A stretch of 63,917 bases of DNA, filler included, from Octopus bimaculoides (Eukaryota): the NCBI RefSeq assembly GCF_001194135.2. It is 8 parts of 8 records of this genome, joined end to end, with 100 filler letters (N's around TTAATTAATTAA, not from the genome) between each part and the next. Parts side by side here need not be neighbours in the genome. Positions count along the whole stretch, not along the records: positions 46,866 to 53,778 come from NC_068988.1; positions 53,879 to 55,920 come from NC_068989.1; positions 56,021 to 62,444 come from NC_069004.1; positions 62,545 to 63,917 come from NW_026377522.1; 4 more parts are not named here. One strand, given 5' to 3'. The notes under the pieces were generated by a model that saw only the letters and a program-made list of their open reading frames with translations, had not been told where the DNA came from and searched no databases. Both the position numbers and the translations under genes were made by a program. This document shows, in pieces, positions 53,270 through 63,917 of the stretch (within the stretch, counting starts at the first letter, position 1; every line of letters begins with the position of its first letter).

Positions 53270-53606
53270 CCGGAAACATACAACAATATGTGGAACTTTC
53301 CTCTGCAAATGGATAAAGAGATGGAACGTATCAAGCAAGATATAACTGTTATAGACAAGGAAAATTGAATTTGCTTACTGGCTGATCCATTATGTCCGTT
53401 TGCTAATGGGACTCCGAAGAAAGCAGGGAAAAAGTTGAAAAAATACAACCCCTTAAACATGAAATCTGTAAAGATTGTGTCCGTAATAATTGGTGCATTA
53501 GGAACAAATAGTTAAAGGAGATTGGAATGAGATGCCCGGTAGAACTTCTACAGGATATTTGCCTCTTAGGAAGAGGAAAGATCATAAGAAGGGTCTTGAG
53601 CACATG
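53270..53606 (+). mobile_element. Non-LTR retrotransposon restriction-like endonuclease (RLE) C-terminal fragment
   Basis: WNFPLQMDKEMERIKQDITVIDKEN*ICLLAD...KKLKKY...IVSVIIGALG...IGMRCPVELLQDICLLGRGKIIRRVL fits the PD-(D/E)xK RLE tail of R2/R4/NeSL-type LINEs. Confidence 0.78.
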
Positions 53607-53737
53607 GTTCCGAGTTCAATCCCACTGCGTAGCACCTTTGGCAATTGTCTTTTATATATATGTATATATATATTAGCCTTGTAAGTGGATTTGGTCGACG
53701 GAAACTAAAAAAAGACCGTCGTATATTTATTTATATA

Positions 53738-53778
<41 letters not shown>

Positions 53779-54102
53779 NNNNNNNNNNNNNNNNNNNNNN
53801 NNNNNNNNNNNNNNNNNNNNNNTTAATTAATTAANNNNNNNNNNNNNNNNNNNNNNNNNNNNNNNNNNNNNNNNNNNNGTTTTAGTCGATCATATCGATT
53901 TCAAGGCTTATTTAAAATCTATATTTTATTGTTCACTCTTTATTGAACCGCTTCCTGCCAACGTGTGAAAAGACAAAAGCAGAAATCCCTCACGCGCGCG
54001 CACACACACATTCACACACACACACACATCATTACGTAATACATATATGATATATATACCTACATATACATACACACACACCGACACACGTACACACACA
54101 CA

Positions 54103-54360
54103 TATAGGAGATGACGCTCCAGATTTGTCACCAGTAGAAAAAGAAGTGAAAGATGAGTCTTGAAGACTTAATCTCTGGCTGTCCTTCAAATGCCACCACA
54201 GAAGAAATCATTGATCGTGTTCAGCACATGGTGATGGATGACAGGCGATTGATTATAAATCAAATAGCCAATGTTATAAGTATATCCCATAAGAGAGTTG
54301 AGAATATTCTGCACAATGAGCTTGGCATGACGAAGGTCCCTGCTCGGAGAGTGCTACGTC
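54103..54360 (+). mobile_element. Mariner transposase N-terminal fragment
   Basis: SLED..SGCPSNATTEEIIDRVQHMVMDDRRLIINQIANVISISHKRVENILHNELGMTKVPARRV; same family as 23915-24633. Confidence 0.88.
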
Positions 54361-54432
54361 TTCTCTCTCACATGCACACATTGATGAATACTCAGACATG
54401 TACATACACTCAATGACCTATATTTATGTTAT

Positions 54433-54647
54433 TGTTATATCGCACGTTCGGATGGCGTACCTTCGCTAATAACGTACCTCTACTCAACTACCGAACTCTC
54501 ACTTCCGACGACTCGACTCAACAGAACTCTACGTTTAGTCTACAGACGGCTCTGGCTCGGTCTACTCGACGCTTCTACGACTAGCTATCACGTCCACTAT
54601 TTATACGTATTGGACTAGTCTACTTATTCGGGGACGTCCACACAACA
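54433..54647 (-). mobile_element. Solo LTR (215 bp) with perfect 5-bp TSD
   Basis: TGTT...AACA termini, GTTAT duplicated at 54428-54432 and 54648-54652, CpG-rich, with TATAAATA on -. Confidence 0.82.
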
Positions 54648-54776
54648 GTTATGCATGCATATAGCTTGTGCATGAAAATACGCTTTTATATATACATGCA
54701 TACATAAGTACATTCACACGTACATGTATACATCCACTCACACACACACACTAACACTCACACACGCGCGCGCATT

Positions 54777-54833
<57 letters not shown>

Positions 54834-54837
54834 AGTT

Positions 54838-55020
54838 GAAAATTACAGAAAAACAGAAGACGAAGACCGATGTATAAACAACAAACAGTCATATTAGTTT
54901 AACGCTCGGGAAGGTGAGAAAGTCTTTTACGTTTCGAGCCTACGCTCTTCAACAGAAAGGAACGCGAGGAAATAAAGAGAGAGATAATAAGAAAACTTTT
55001 GAAGCTGTCGGTCAGCGTCT
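54838..55020 (-). mobile_element. Penelope-like terminal fragment, second copy
   Basis: Contains the same 24-mer ttgaagagcgtaggctcgaaacgt (54929-54952, minus strand) as 5881-5904. Confidence 0.6.
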
Positions 55021-55194
55021 AACTTAATTGCCTCACCTGATAGGATTAGCTAAATCCTTTTTTAAAGTCAAGTTGTGTTGTATCATGGTCCTTTCTGGTA
55101 GGGAGTTCTTGCTGAGTGAGTTGTATCCAGGTATAGGTGGCTTAACGTGATGGCAAGTTTTTGAGGATGTAAAATACCTTGAATTTATTTATTG

Positions 55195-55677
55195 ATCACC
55201 TTCAAAAGGGCCACGCCATCAATGGAGAGTACTATAACGACTTGTTGAGTAAGTTACGAAAGGCAATCAAGACCTAAAGCCCAGGAAAACTAACAAAAGG
55301 GATCGTGTTTCACCAGGACAATTCTCCAGCACACAAGTCCTTGGTTTCAATGGCGGCTATGCGTGCATGTGGCTTTGAACTGGTTGATCCCTCTCCCTAG
55401 TCTCTTGATTTGGGTCCATCTAACTATAATGTGTTCTCTAATATGAAATAAAATAGTTGACTGGGAATTTATATTGCAGTGATGATGACGACATATCTAC
55501 TGTTAATAACTTTCCTGACCAACCAGACGACAGCTTCTTCACAGATGGGATCCCAACACTGCAAAACCGATAGAAATCTGTGGACAGCAAGGAAGACTAT
55601 GTTGAAAAATAAACATCATCTGGTCACATTCAATGAGAGTATCTTTGTCAGCCTATGAATTTTTCAGCCCACCCTCG
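55195..55677 (+). mobile_element. Mariner transposase C-terminal fragment with 3' TIR
   Basis: QKGHAINGEYYNDLL.KLRKAIK...KGIVFHQDNSPAH...P*SLDLGPSNY..F...DYVEK*, then TIR ttttcagcccaccctcg and TA. Confidence 0.88.
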
Positions 55678-55730
55678 TATGTTTATTTGTCTTTGCGTAT
55701 AAATTTGTATACATGCGTATAAATTGTATA

Positions 55731-55920
55731 GGCGCAGGAGTGGCTGTGTGGTAAGTAGCTTGCTTAACAACCACATGGTTCCGGGTTCATTCCCACTGCG
55801 CGGCACCTTGGGCAAGCGTCTTCTACTATAGCCTCGGGCCGACGCCGACCAATGCCTTGTGAGCGGATTTTGGTAGACGGAAACTGAAAGAAGCCCGTCG
55901 TATATATGTATATATATATA
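55731..55920 (+). mobile_element. SINE family B head running into (TA)n and a gap
   Basis: Near-consensus copy. Similar head-then-gap copies lie at about 53600-53730 and 62268-62430, and a deleted copy on - at about 57425-57535. Confidence 0.88.
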
Positions 55921-56109
55921 NNNNNNNNNNNNNNNNNNNNNNNNNNNNNNNNNNNNNNNNNNNNTTAATTAATTAANNNNNNNNNNNNNNNNNNNNNNNN
56001 NNNNNNNNNNNNNNNNNNNNTATATATATATATATATATGATGGACTCTCCATCAAAGATGACACATGAGTATTCAGCTTCTCCCAAATGACCAGCACAA
56101 ATGATTTGT

Positions 56110-56331
56110 TTATTTGTTTACAGTGATCGAATGTATATGTCACACCTTAGCTCACTCCATCCATCGATGTTGCCTGAACAGGTGTACCACGCATTAGGCG
56201 TTAAAGTGATTACAGAGCAACGTGAGATGAAGTGTTCTGCTCAAGAACACAACACACCACCCAGTCTAGGAGTTGAAACCATGATCTCACAATTGTGAGT
56301 CCAACACCCTTACCACTAGGCCATGCATCCA
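56110..56331 (-). mobile_element. tRNA-derived SINE (diverged family)
   Basis: Minus strand gtggatgcatggcctagtggtaagggtg...ggtttcaactcctagact (A and B boxes), then ttcttgagcagaacacttcatctcac. Confidence 0.7.
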
Positions 56332-56359
56332 CATATATTTAAAGACATGAAACACTTAC

Positions 56360-56446
56360 TGCCTTTCTTCCTGTACATCCAGGATAATTACAGACACCTG
56401 ATATACTTTTATCACAAGAGAGTATATCTTCCCGGCATTTGGGTTC
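56360..56446 (-). CDS. PRKN: Parkin-like E3 ligase, second RING0 exon (87 nt, phase 0 to 0)
   Basis: EPKCREDILSCDKSISGVCNYPGCTGRKA versus human [28 protein letters not shown]. Acceptor ttattcttcactttcag, donor GCA|gtaagt. Same phase and nearly the same size as human exon 5. Confidence 0.82.
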
Positions 56447-57223
56447 CTGAAAGTGAAGAATAAAAAAGACACACCTGTAATATGATAGGTAAGGTGACAA
56501 GCTGATAGAAGCATTAGCAAGCCAAGCAAAATGCGTTGGCAGCTTTTCGTCTGTCTGTATGTCCTAAGGTCAAATACTTTCAAGGTTGACTTTGTTTTTT
56601 TGTTGGGTTTTTTTTTTCAGTTTTAATAAAATAAGTTAATAAAATGTGGATTCAAAGAATCATGCATCTAACAGAGAAAGCTCTTCTTATGGACTTGGCT
56701 ATCAATCCACTTAGTAATCCATTACAAAGAAGTGTCATCCAGAGTGTGCATGCAAGTGAAATTCCAAGCAATAAATTATTTCATGAACAGAATATAAAAC
56801 CATGAAGTCAGGATGTTTGAAAGGTGAATATTTATTTAACCACATAACTAACCTATTTCATGTAGTATCAATTTCAGTATGGAAGAAATTACATATTATA
56901 CAATGCAATTATATATTCATAGATTGATGCAAATAAGGCAGTTAGCTCTTCAGATCACTGGACTATCATGGTTACATCAACAATGCAATGCACATGCAAA
57001 AATGATGATGACAAAACTGATGATGATGATGATGATCTTGATGATGGTGATGATGAAAATAATGGCCTTCGCTCACAAGCAAGTGTGACTTGTTAGCATG
57101 TCTCATGCTTTTCCTAATTTTTTCAAGTGTCAAAGACACTTAAAACTTTTAGGAGTGTGTAGATTTGGATGTCACTCAACCCTCCCATACTTGACTCAGC
57201 AAAACATCAACAACATGAGTGTT

Positions 57224-57255
<32 letters not shown>

Positions 57256-57809
57256 TATAAGTGTCTTATGCTGACAGCTAAGTTACAGAGACATAAACAA
57301 AGCAATGCCCATTCTTTTAACGTAGTGGGGAAACAAACACAAAGACATACACATACATACATACACGTGCTTCTCAACACACACACACGCACACACACAC
57401 ACGTACACACACGTACACACACAATGGGCTTCTTTCAGTTTCCATCAACCAAATCCTCTCACAAAGCTTTGGTTGGCCCAGGGCTGGAGTAGAAGACACT
57501 TGCCCAAGGTGCCACACCCACATAGCCACTCCTGTGCAACCAATATTCTACAAGACGACAACAGGGAAAATGTGGTGCCAAGTCATAGAGAAAGATATTC
57601 ACCAATTATGTGGACAATGTCCTCATCATAGATTAACATCCGTTTTCCTGGTCGGCATGGGTTAGATGGTCTGACAAAAACTGATGAGCTAGAGATCGGC
57701 ATCAAGCTTCAAAGTCTGCTTTGACAACGATTCCTAAGGCAGGATATCCTTCCCCACACCAAAGACAGACAAAATTCCCATAGCAAGTATGAAATGAAAG
57801 ACATCTACA

Positions 57810-58028
57810 GAATAATCTTTTCTGCTACAGGTACAAAGCCTGAAATTGTGAGAAAGGGGGCAAGTCGGTTAGATCGACTCCAGTTCATAAACTGGTACTT
57901 AATTTATCAACCCTGAGAGAATGAAAAGCAGAGTTGACCTCGGCAGAACTTGAACTCAGAACGTAGCGACAGGCAAAATACTTCCAAGCATTTCATCCAG
58001 CATGCTAACGATTCCGCCAGCTCGTTGC
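57810..58028 (-). mobile_element. SINE family A
   Basis: Reverse complement cgagctggcggaatcgttagcatgc...gttctgagttcaagttctgccgaggtc. Confidence 0.85.
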
Positions 58029-58584
58029 TTTACATCTCCAGAATAATTACAGAAACTTACTGACAATGAGTGGCAAAGCAAACAAATTTGCCAACACAGA
58101 GAATAATGCAAACACAAACACAACAAATACATCAGACAAAACATCAAGTAAAACCAGACCCAGAAGCACACAAAAAAAAAAAAAAAACGATTAAAATTAC
58201 ACACAAAAGCCACATAAGAAAGCGACAAAAGATAGTCATGCACGAAAGCTATCCACAATTGTAATGCAGTAAGTGATGCATGAAAGTCATACATAAAAAG
58301 CTACACTTAGAAGGTATTATATTAATCAAATGCTGTGAAGTTTTATGGTGACACTGAGTCAATGACTGTTGTTGTGATTGTGGTGGTTGTGGTGGTAGTA
58401 GTGGTAGTAGTAGTAGTGTGGACTGAGACAATTGTGGTGGTGGTGGTGATTGTTGCTGTGGTGATCACGGCAGTTGAGGTGGTGGCAGTGATGGTGTTAG
58501 TAGTAGTAGTAGTAGTAGTAGTCAAACCAAGCAGAATGACTAAATGCAGTAGTAAAAGAGGAAAGTGAAAGTGAAACTACTCAC

Positions 58585-58718
58585 ATGTTCTTTGTCAATG
58601 AGGAATCTTTGGCACTGGTTACACTGCAAGCATTTGATTCTCAGCTGGGCTGATGCAATGTCTTTGCATTCGTAGCAGTAGACATAATAGCTGTACTGTG
58701 AATACTGCACCTCTTTAC
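58585..58718 (-). CDS. PRKN: Parkin-like E3 ligase, RING0 N-terminal exon (134 nt, phase 1 to 0)
   Basis: (S)KEVQYSQYSYYVYCYECKDIASAQLRIKCLQCNQCQRFLIDKEH versus human [34 protein letters not shown]. Acceptor ttgttggcag, donor CAT|gtgagt. Phases match human parkin exon 4 as I recall them. Confidence 0.82.
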
Positions 58719-60111
58719 CTGCCAACAATAGCAATGGGGAAACAACAGTACGTTTAGATCTTTCATCATTATATGACTAGCTTCATCATCATCATCATCA
58801 TCAACATCATCATCATTGTCGTGATTATTATTATCATCATCATCATTGTCATCATCATTCAATGTCTGCTTTTCCAAGCTCGCATGGGTCAGATGGTATT
58901 TGTTGAGGTGGATTTTTCTACAGTTGGATGCCTTTCCTCTCGCCAACCCTCACCAGTTTCCAAGCAAATTTATATTTCCCATAACTAGACATGCTTTTCT
59001 TTTTTTATGGAAGACTAGAATCCAAAAACCTTGTATGATGATGATACTCAGTTACACTCATCATGTGACATCAAAAAGCATTTCTTAGCGCCACCTACTC
59101 CAAAAGTGTAGTGAGTGACTCTTACGTGTCACCTGCACGGATGCCCTTTATGTCACTGGCACCAGCGACACACATACACACATATATAGACATCATCATC
59201 ATCCTCATTCTATTTAACGTCCATCTTCCATGCTGGCATCAGTTGGATGGTTTGGCAGGAGATGGCAAGGCTGGAGAGCTGCACCAAGCATCAATGTCTC
59301 CTTTGACATGGTTTCTCTGGTTGGAATTCCCTTCCTAATACCAACCACTTTACAGTGTGCAGTGGGTGCTTTTGCTTTTTTCCTTGGTGCCACCAGAACA
59401 AGTAAGGTTGCTATGCAGCTTGCAAGACCATGAACCCTGAGAAGGTGGCTGTATGTTAGCAGATGAGGAATTTAAATATGTATGAAGGGCCAGAGCAGAA
59501 CAGGCTTCTTCTTCTTCTTCTTCTTCTCAACCATTTTTTGCCTAAGGATCACTTTGATTCTTATTCTACTCTCCTGGACCTCCAGTCATTCAATGCAGAT
59601 AAAAAGAAGAAATCCCACTGTATTTCTGTAATTAATTATTATTTGGAATTGTACCAAAAAAAGTCTAAATATTTTGTGTAATGTAGAAATAAAACCATCA
59701 TTGTCATCATCATCATCATCGTTTAACATCCACTTTCCATGCTAGCATGGGTTGGATGGTTTCACTGAGGTCTGGAGAGCCAGCAGCTGCACCAGGCTCC
59801 AATCTGATCTGGCAATGTTCCTACAGATGGATGCCCTTCCTAATGCAAACCACTCCAAGAGTGTAGTGGGTGCTTTTTACGTGCCACCAGTACAGGAGCC
59901 AGTCAGGCAGGCCTAGCATCAATCATGCTTGGATAGTGCTTTTTATGTGCCACCGGCACAGGGGCCAGTCAAGGGGTACTGGCATTGGCCACATTCAGTT
60001 GGTGCTTTTTACGTGCAAAAAAAACCAAAGAAATACATTTAAATAAAATGGATTTAAAAAAACAAAAAGAGAAGGAAAGAAAGAAAGAAAGAAAGACAGT
60101 GGGGAACTTAC

Positions 60112-60190
60112 TCTGGTTTTGTGAGCTCAACTGGTTTTTTTTTTCAGTATTCACCATGTGCAAAACACTTGCAGAGCAAAGATGTAAATC
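60112..60190 (-). CDS. PRKN: Parkin-like RBR E3 ligase, exon with Ubl C-terminus plus short linker (79 nt, phase 0 to 1)
   Basis: DLHLCSASVLHMVNTEKKNQLSSQNQ; the start resembles human parkin NCDLDQQSIVHIV. Strong acceptor ttttttattgggtcttttcag, donor A|gtaagt, phase compatible with the next exon. Confidence 0.7.
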
Positions 60191-60399
60191 CTGAAAAGAC
60201 CCAATAAAAAAGAACAACAAAGGTTAACTAACACAGCTACTTCTTTATTTCATTAGATTGGTCATAGAGACCTCGCACAGAGTAAGAAGCTTGTGGACTG
60301 GACGTAGACAGAATGAGATGAAATGGAAACATAATGATAAAGATGAGAGGCATGTCGGCACCCACCGACCAACAAGCCCTCGAATACAATTTTTTGAAG

Positions 60400-60686
60400 A
60401 TTGCAGTGAAACATGGGCCGTGACAGCTGAGGACATGTGAAGGCTTGCAAGGAATAAAGCTGGTATGCTCTGCTGGATGTGTAATGTCAGTGTGCATACA
60501 CGACAGAGTGTAAGCGCCCTGAGAGAAAAGTTGGACTTAAGAAGCATCAGATGTGGTGTGCAAGAGAGACGACTGCACTGGTATGGTCATGTGTTACGTA
60601 TGAATGAAGACAGCTGTGTGAAGAAGTGTCACACCTTAGCAGTAGAGGGAACCTGTGGAAGAGGTAGACCTAGGAAGACCTGGGAT
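60400..60686 (+). mobile_element. RTE LINE C-terminal fragment
   Basis: SETWAVTAEDM...RQSVSALREKLDLRSIRCGVQERRLHWYGHV...GRGRPRKTWD, closely similar to 18811-19240. Confidence 0.92.
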
Positions 60687-62562
60687 AAGTTTCTTTTCTC
60701 TAAAATATATATTTATTTATATATACATACTGTGAAACTGAATTTAATTTTCATTTTTGATAAATTAAATTAAATTGAGTAGCTGAGATACCATCTTTCT
60801 ACATTAATAACTTTCCAACCCATTCCAGCATGGAACATAGACGTTAACTTAAATGTTAAAAGAAAGTTTTCAATTTATCTATGTATGTAAAGTAAATACA
60901 CGTAATTCAAAAACACGTTTTGTGTGGCTTATTTCGTAAGCAAAAAACAGGTACAGATTATAAACAATGAAAGGCGGATTTTGGTGATTCATTTGACAGA
61001 GGTAGTAGAAAGCCGAATTGATGATAAATCTGATCTTGGATCTATTAAAAAAAAAAGAAAATTAGTTGACATTTTCTCAAATGACCTGAGTGGCATGTTG
61101 AGAGGATAAGCCAACATTTCCTCTGCGTATCGTAAAAGACAACTAAAGGAAGTTGGGGGTAGGATTCGCATTCCAGCAACAACTACCCAAACACTCTCTG
61201 CAGCTTTAGTAGAGGCTCTGTGAACAAGATTTCATCTCAGAACCTCGGCAGGTACAACCATGAAGAACCAAATCCCCACTGACAATAACCCAGAAAAAAT
61301 CTTTGCCTTTGAAGCAACACAGAAAGTCAGATGCATGTAAATAAGTAGAGCCCTAAACAACGAAACAAACAAATATATTTACTTTTATAAAAAATTAAAA
61401 AAACCATTGTTTTCTGTGTGACTGAATGTGAAAGTTGTACAACTTTCTGTTGGTGACTGTTTCTAAAAATATGTGCTATGTACATACCAGACAACAGACA
61501 AACTAAACTGCAACAGTATGCATCAAACAGGATATATGACACAACTGCTATAAATATAGACACCAATGAAACTGTCTCTAACCCATTATTAACTCCACCT
61601 TATTCACACTCACTCTTTTACATGGTAAGCGAAATGTTAAACATGATGCATTTGAAATTTAATAACAAGGCACATTTGTTTTTCTTTTCTTAGTATTTTT
61701 GCATTTTTGTATTACACAGACAGGCATTGTGTTAGATACTCCATCTTACACTCACTATTTACATCATGCGCGATCACATTACTAACCAGGCTATGAAATG
61801 TTGTTACACATCGCTGGTCACAATGCATTTTGCATTTTTTTTTTAGCCCTCAAATGACACCATCCCACTGGCTACGCGAGCAGGCCACACTCTTTACGTA
61901 GCAAGCAAAATGTTAAAAATGAAGCATTTAAAAATTTAATAGCAAAGCACACTTGTTTCTCTTTTCTTGGAATATTTGAAAGTTATTTACATGTTTATAT
62001 TACATTGACAAGCTTACACACATCATACAATACCTGACGAAGAGAATCTAGAATTAATAGCAAAATCTTCTTAAATCACATCCTATCATCATAAAAAAAG
62101 GAGGTTATTTTGAATAATTTTGTCAAAGATACCTTAAAGATTATATTTTTAAATATATATCTGCTTGATCAAAATTCACACAGGCAAAATAACAAAGTGC
62201 ATGCACACACATCTGTATGTATGTATGTATAATATATATATAGATATATATATATATATATATACATAGGCGTAGGAGTGACTGTGTGGTAAGTAGCTTG
62301 CTTACCAACGACATGGTCCCGGGCTTAGTCCCACTGCATGGCACCTTGGGTAACTGTAGCCTCGTGCCAACCAAAGACTTGTGAGTAGATTTGGTAGACG
62401 GAAACTGAAAGAAGCCTGTCGTATATATGTGTATATATATATAANNNNNNNNNNNNNNNNNNNNNNNNNNNNNNNNNNNNNNNNNNNNTTAATTAATTAA
62501 NNNNNNNNNNNNNNNNNNNNNNNNNNNNNNNNNNNNNNNNNNNNACATACATAGTCTGTGTG

Positions 62563-62594
<32 letters not shown>

Positions 62595-63499
62595 GTATAT
62601 ATACATATATGTCCCTTATTAATAAAGCTGCAAAGATATTTCAAAGACTGTTATTCCGAGTTTCAAGTTCCTGTTGACTGGATGTTTGATTTTTATCACT
62701 CTTGGTATATGTTCTCAGATTGCACTCTCCTCAGACAGACATCGAAACACTCTGAAATGTTCGTATTTGAGCTTCCGGCGCAAACGTCAAGCAGTACACC
62801 ATATGATTGCCAAATTTCTGGCAGAGCGAAATGCGACAATTTACCCATCGCACCTTTATATGTATCGAGCTTACATTTAGAAGCGATGCACGGTGTTACA
62901 ATTTTCCACTCGAGTCAAATATTACAAATCTTCCAAATTTTTTTTTGATTATCCACGCAAGAGAAGACTGGACCGGCTTATGTGACTGGTATCAAGTCGT
63001 ATAAGTTGTAATAATGAAGTCAAACAAAAATAGTGATATTTTGAAATCATTTTGTTTGTGTGTGTTTGCGTCTGTGTATATGTGTATGTATGTTACCCCA
63101 ACCACTTGAGAAATAGTGTTGTGCTTACGTGTCCGTAACTTAGCGATTCGGTCAACGAACTTGATAGAATATATACTAGAGGAACTTTTCTACTAAACCA
63201 TTGAAGGCGGTGCCCCAAACATGGTCGTAGTCCAATGACAAACAGGTTGGTGATAAAAATATATGTACTAGCAATATTTTTATATTAATTATTGCTGGAT
63301 AAATCATTGTTTGCTAAATTTATCAGCTAATATTTATTCTCGCCCAAAATGTGTAGCCATGAGAGAATACATTGAAATGCTGAATTTAGTGGTTAGACAT
63401 ACAGCGTTAAAAACACCCGACGACATGTCTTAATTCCATTACGTCCATGTAGAATTTTGGGTGCCGACAATAAATCCCTCTCAGTCTCTTAATTTGACA

Positions 63500-63917
63500 A
63501 TAAATTATATTTGTCCCCAGGTATAGCCGTCCGTTACTTCTTCAGTTTCTGTTGAAATTTTCCATGCAATTTTTGATTTGTCATGCTTCTGTCTTCCTTG
63601 GGATATTCATCGGACGGTTTGTCTTGTAATATCAGAAAGAGGTTTCCACGCGATGTGTTCTAGCTAACCACATTTCCTGCTCTTCATCTGGGTTCCGATA
63701 GGTTTCTGGCTCACCTGTTCCCATAAGGTTTGTCTGTTACTCAATCTTGCCATATCACAAGAAGAATGACAAAATAATTCAACTTTAAATTCAAGTGCCA
63801 CCGAGGTTCACATGTGTTACTTTGTGCCGATCTGGATAAGACTTTTACTAGTTATGTATCCTAAGAGGATTTCATCGATTTTGTTGCCTATTTACTCGTC
63901 ATTCCCAATGAGAGTCT
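63500..63917 (-). mobile_element. Decayed RTE-like LINE post-RT fragment
   Basis: Minus-strand remnants LWEQ..KPIGTQMKSRKCG*L.H...KPLSDITRQTVR*..QGR resemble the RTE W-GH/GRP region. Confidence 0.6.

Noticed and set aside
15955-62500. Seven copies of palindromic TTAATTAATTAA that could look like a regularly spaced motif
   Set aside because: Each is centred in exactly 44+44 Ns, forming a 100-bp gap linker with stops in six frames; it is technical.
62640-63000. Possible decayed hAT transposase
   Set aside because: Only vague residue similarity across frames; not supportable without a profile search.
1-63917. CRISPR arrays, rRNA genes, operon-like systems
   Set aside because: No regular repeat-spacer arrays or rRNA motifs were seen; the sequence is intron-rich eukaryotic DNA.

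Overview
AT-rich, repeat-dominated eukaryotic scaffold with many N gaps. The tRNA-derived SINE families, RTE LINEs, Penelope, mariner and dense microsatellites resemble a cephalopod (Octopus-like) genome; that taxonomic call is an inference from recalled repeat families. Two host genes converge across the window and are visible only as spliced exons that the ORF track largely hides. (1) On +, a meiotic HORMA-domain gene (HORMAD1/2-like) has exons 26635-26779 and 27303-27403. (2) On -, a parkin-like RBR E3 ligase has three phase-compatible exons, 60190-60112, 58718-58585 and 56446-56360, covering the Ubl C-terminus, a very short linker and RING0. The parkin-like protein is the most interesting signal: it keeps the PINK1 phosphosite Ser but appears to change several RING0 regulatory residues. 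I could not find the 3' exons of either gene. The rest is mostly transposon debris: a decayed Ty3/Gypsy element, several RTE LINEs, mariner remnants and MITEs, a solo LTR, Penelope and RLE-LINE fragments, Helentron-like elements and many SINEs, including three nested insertions with recognisable target-site duplications. The seven N44-TTAATTAATTAA-N44 blocks are assembly linkers, not biology. I found no convincing evidence of a wholly new biological system.
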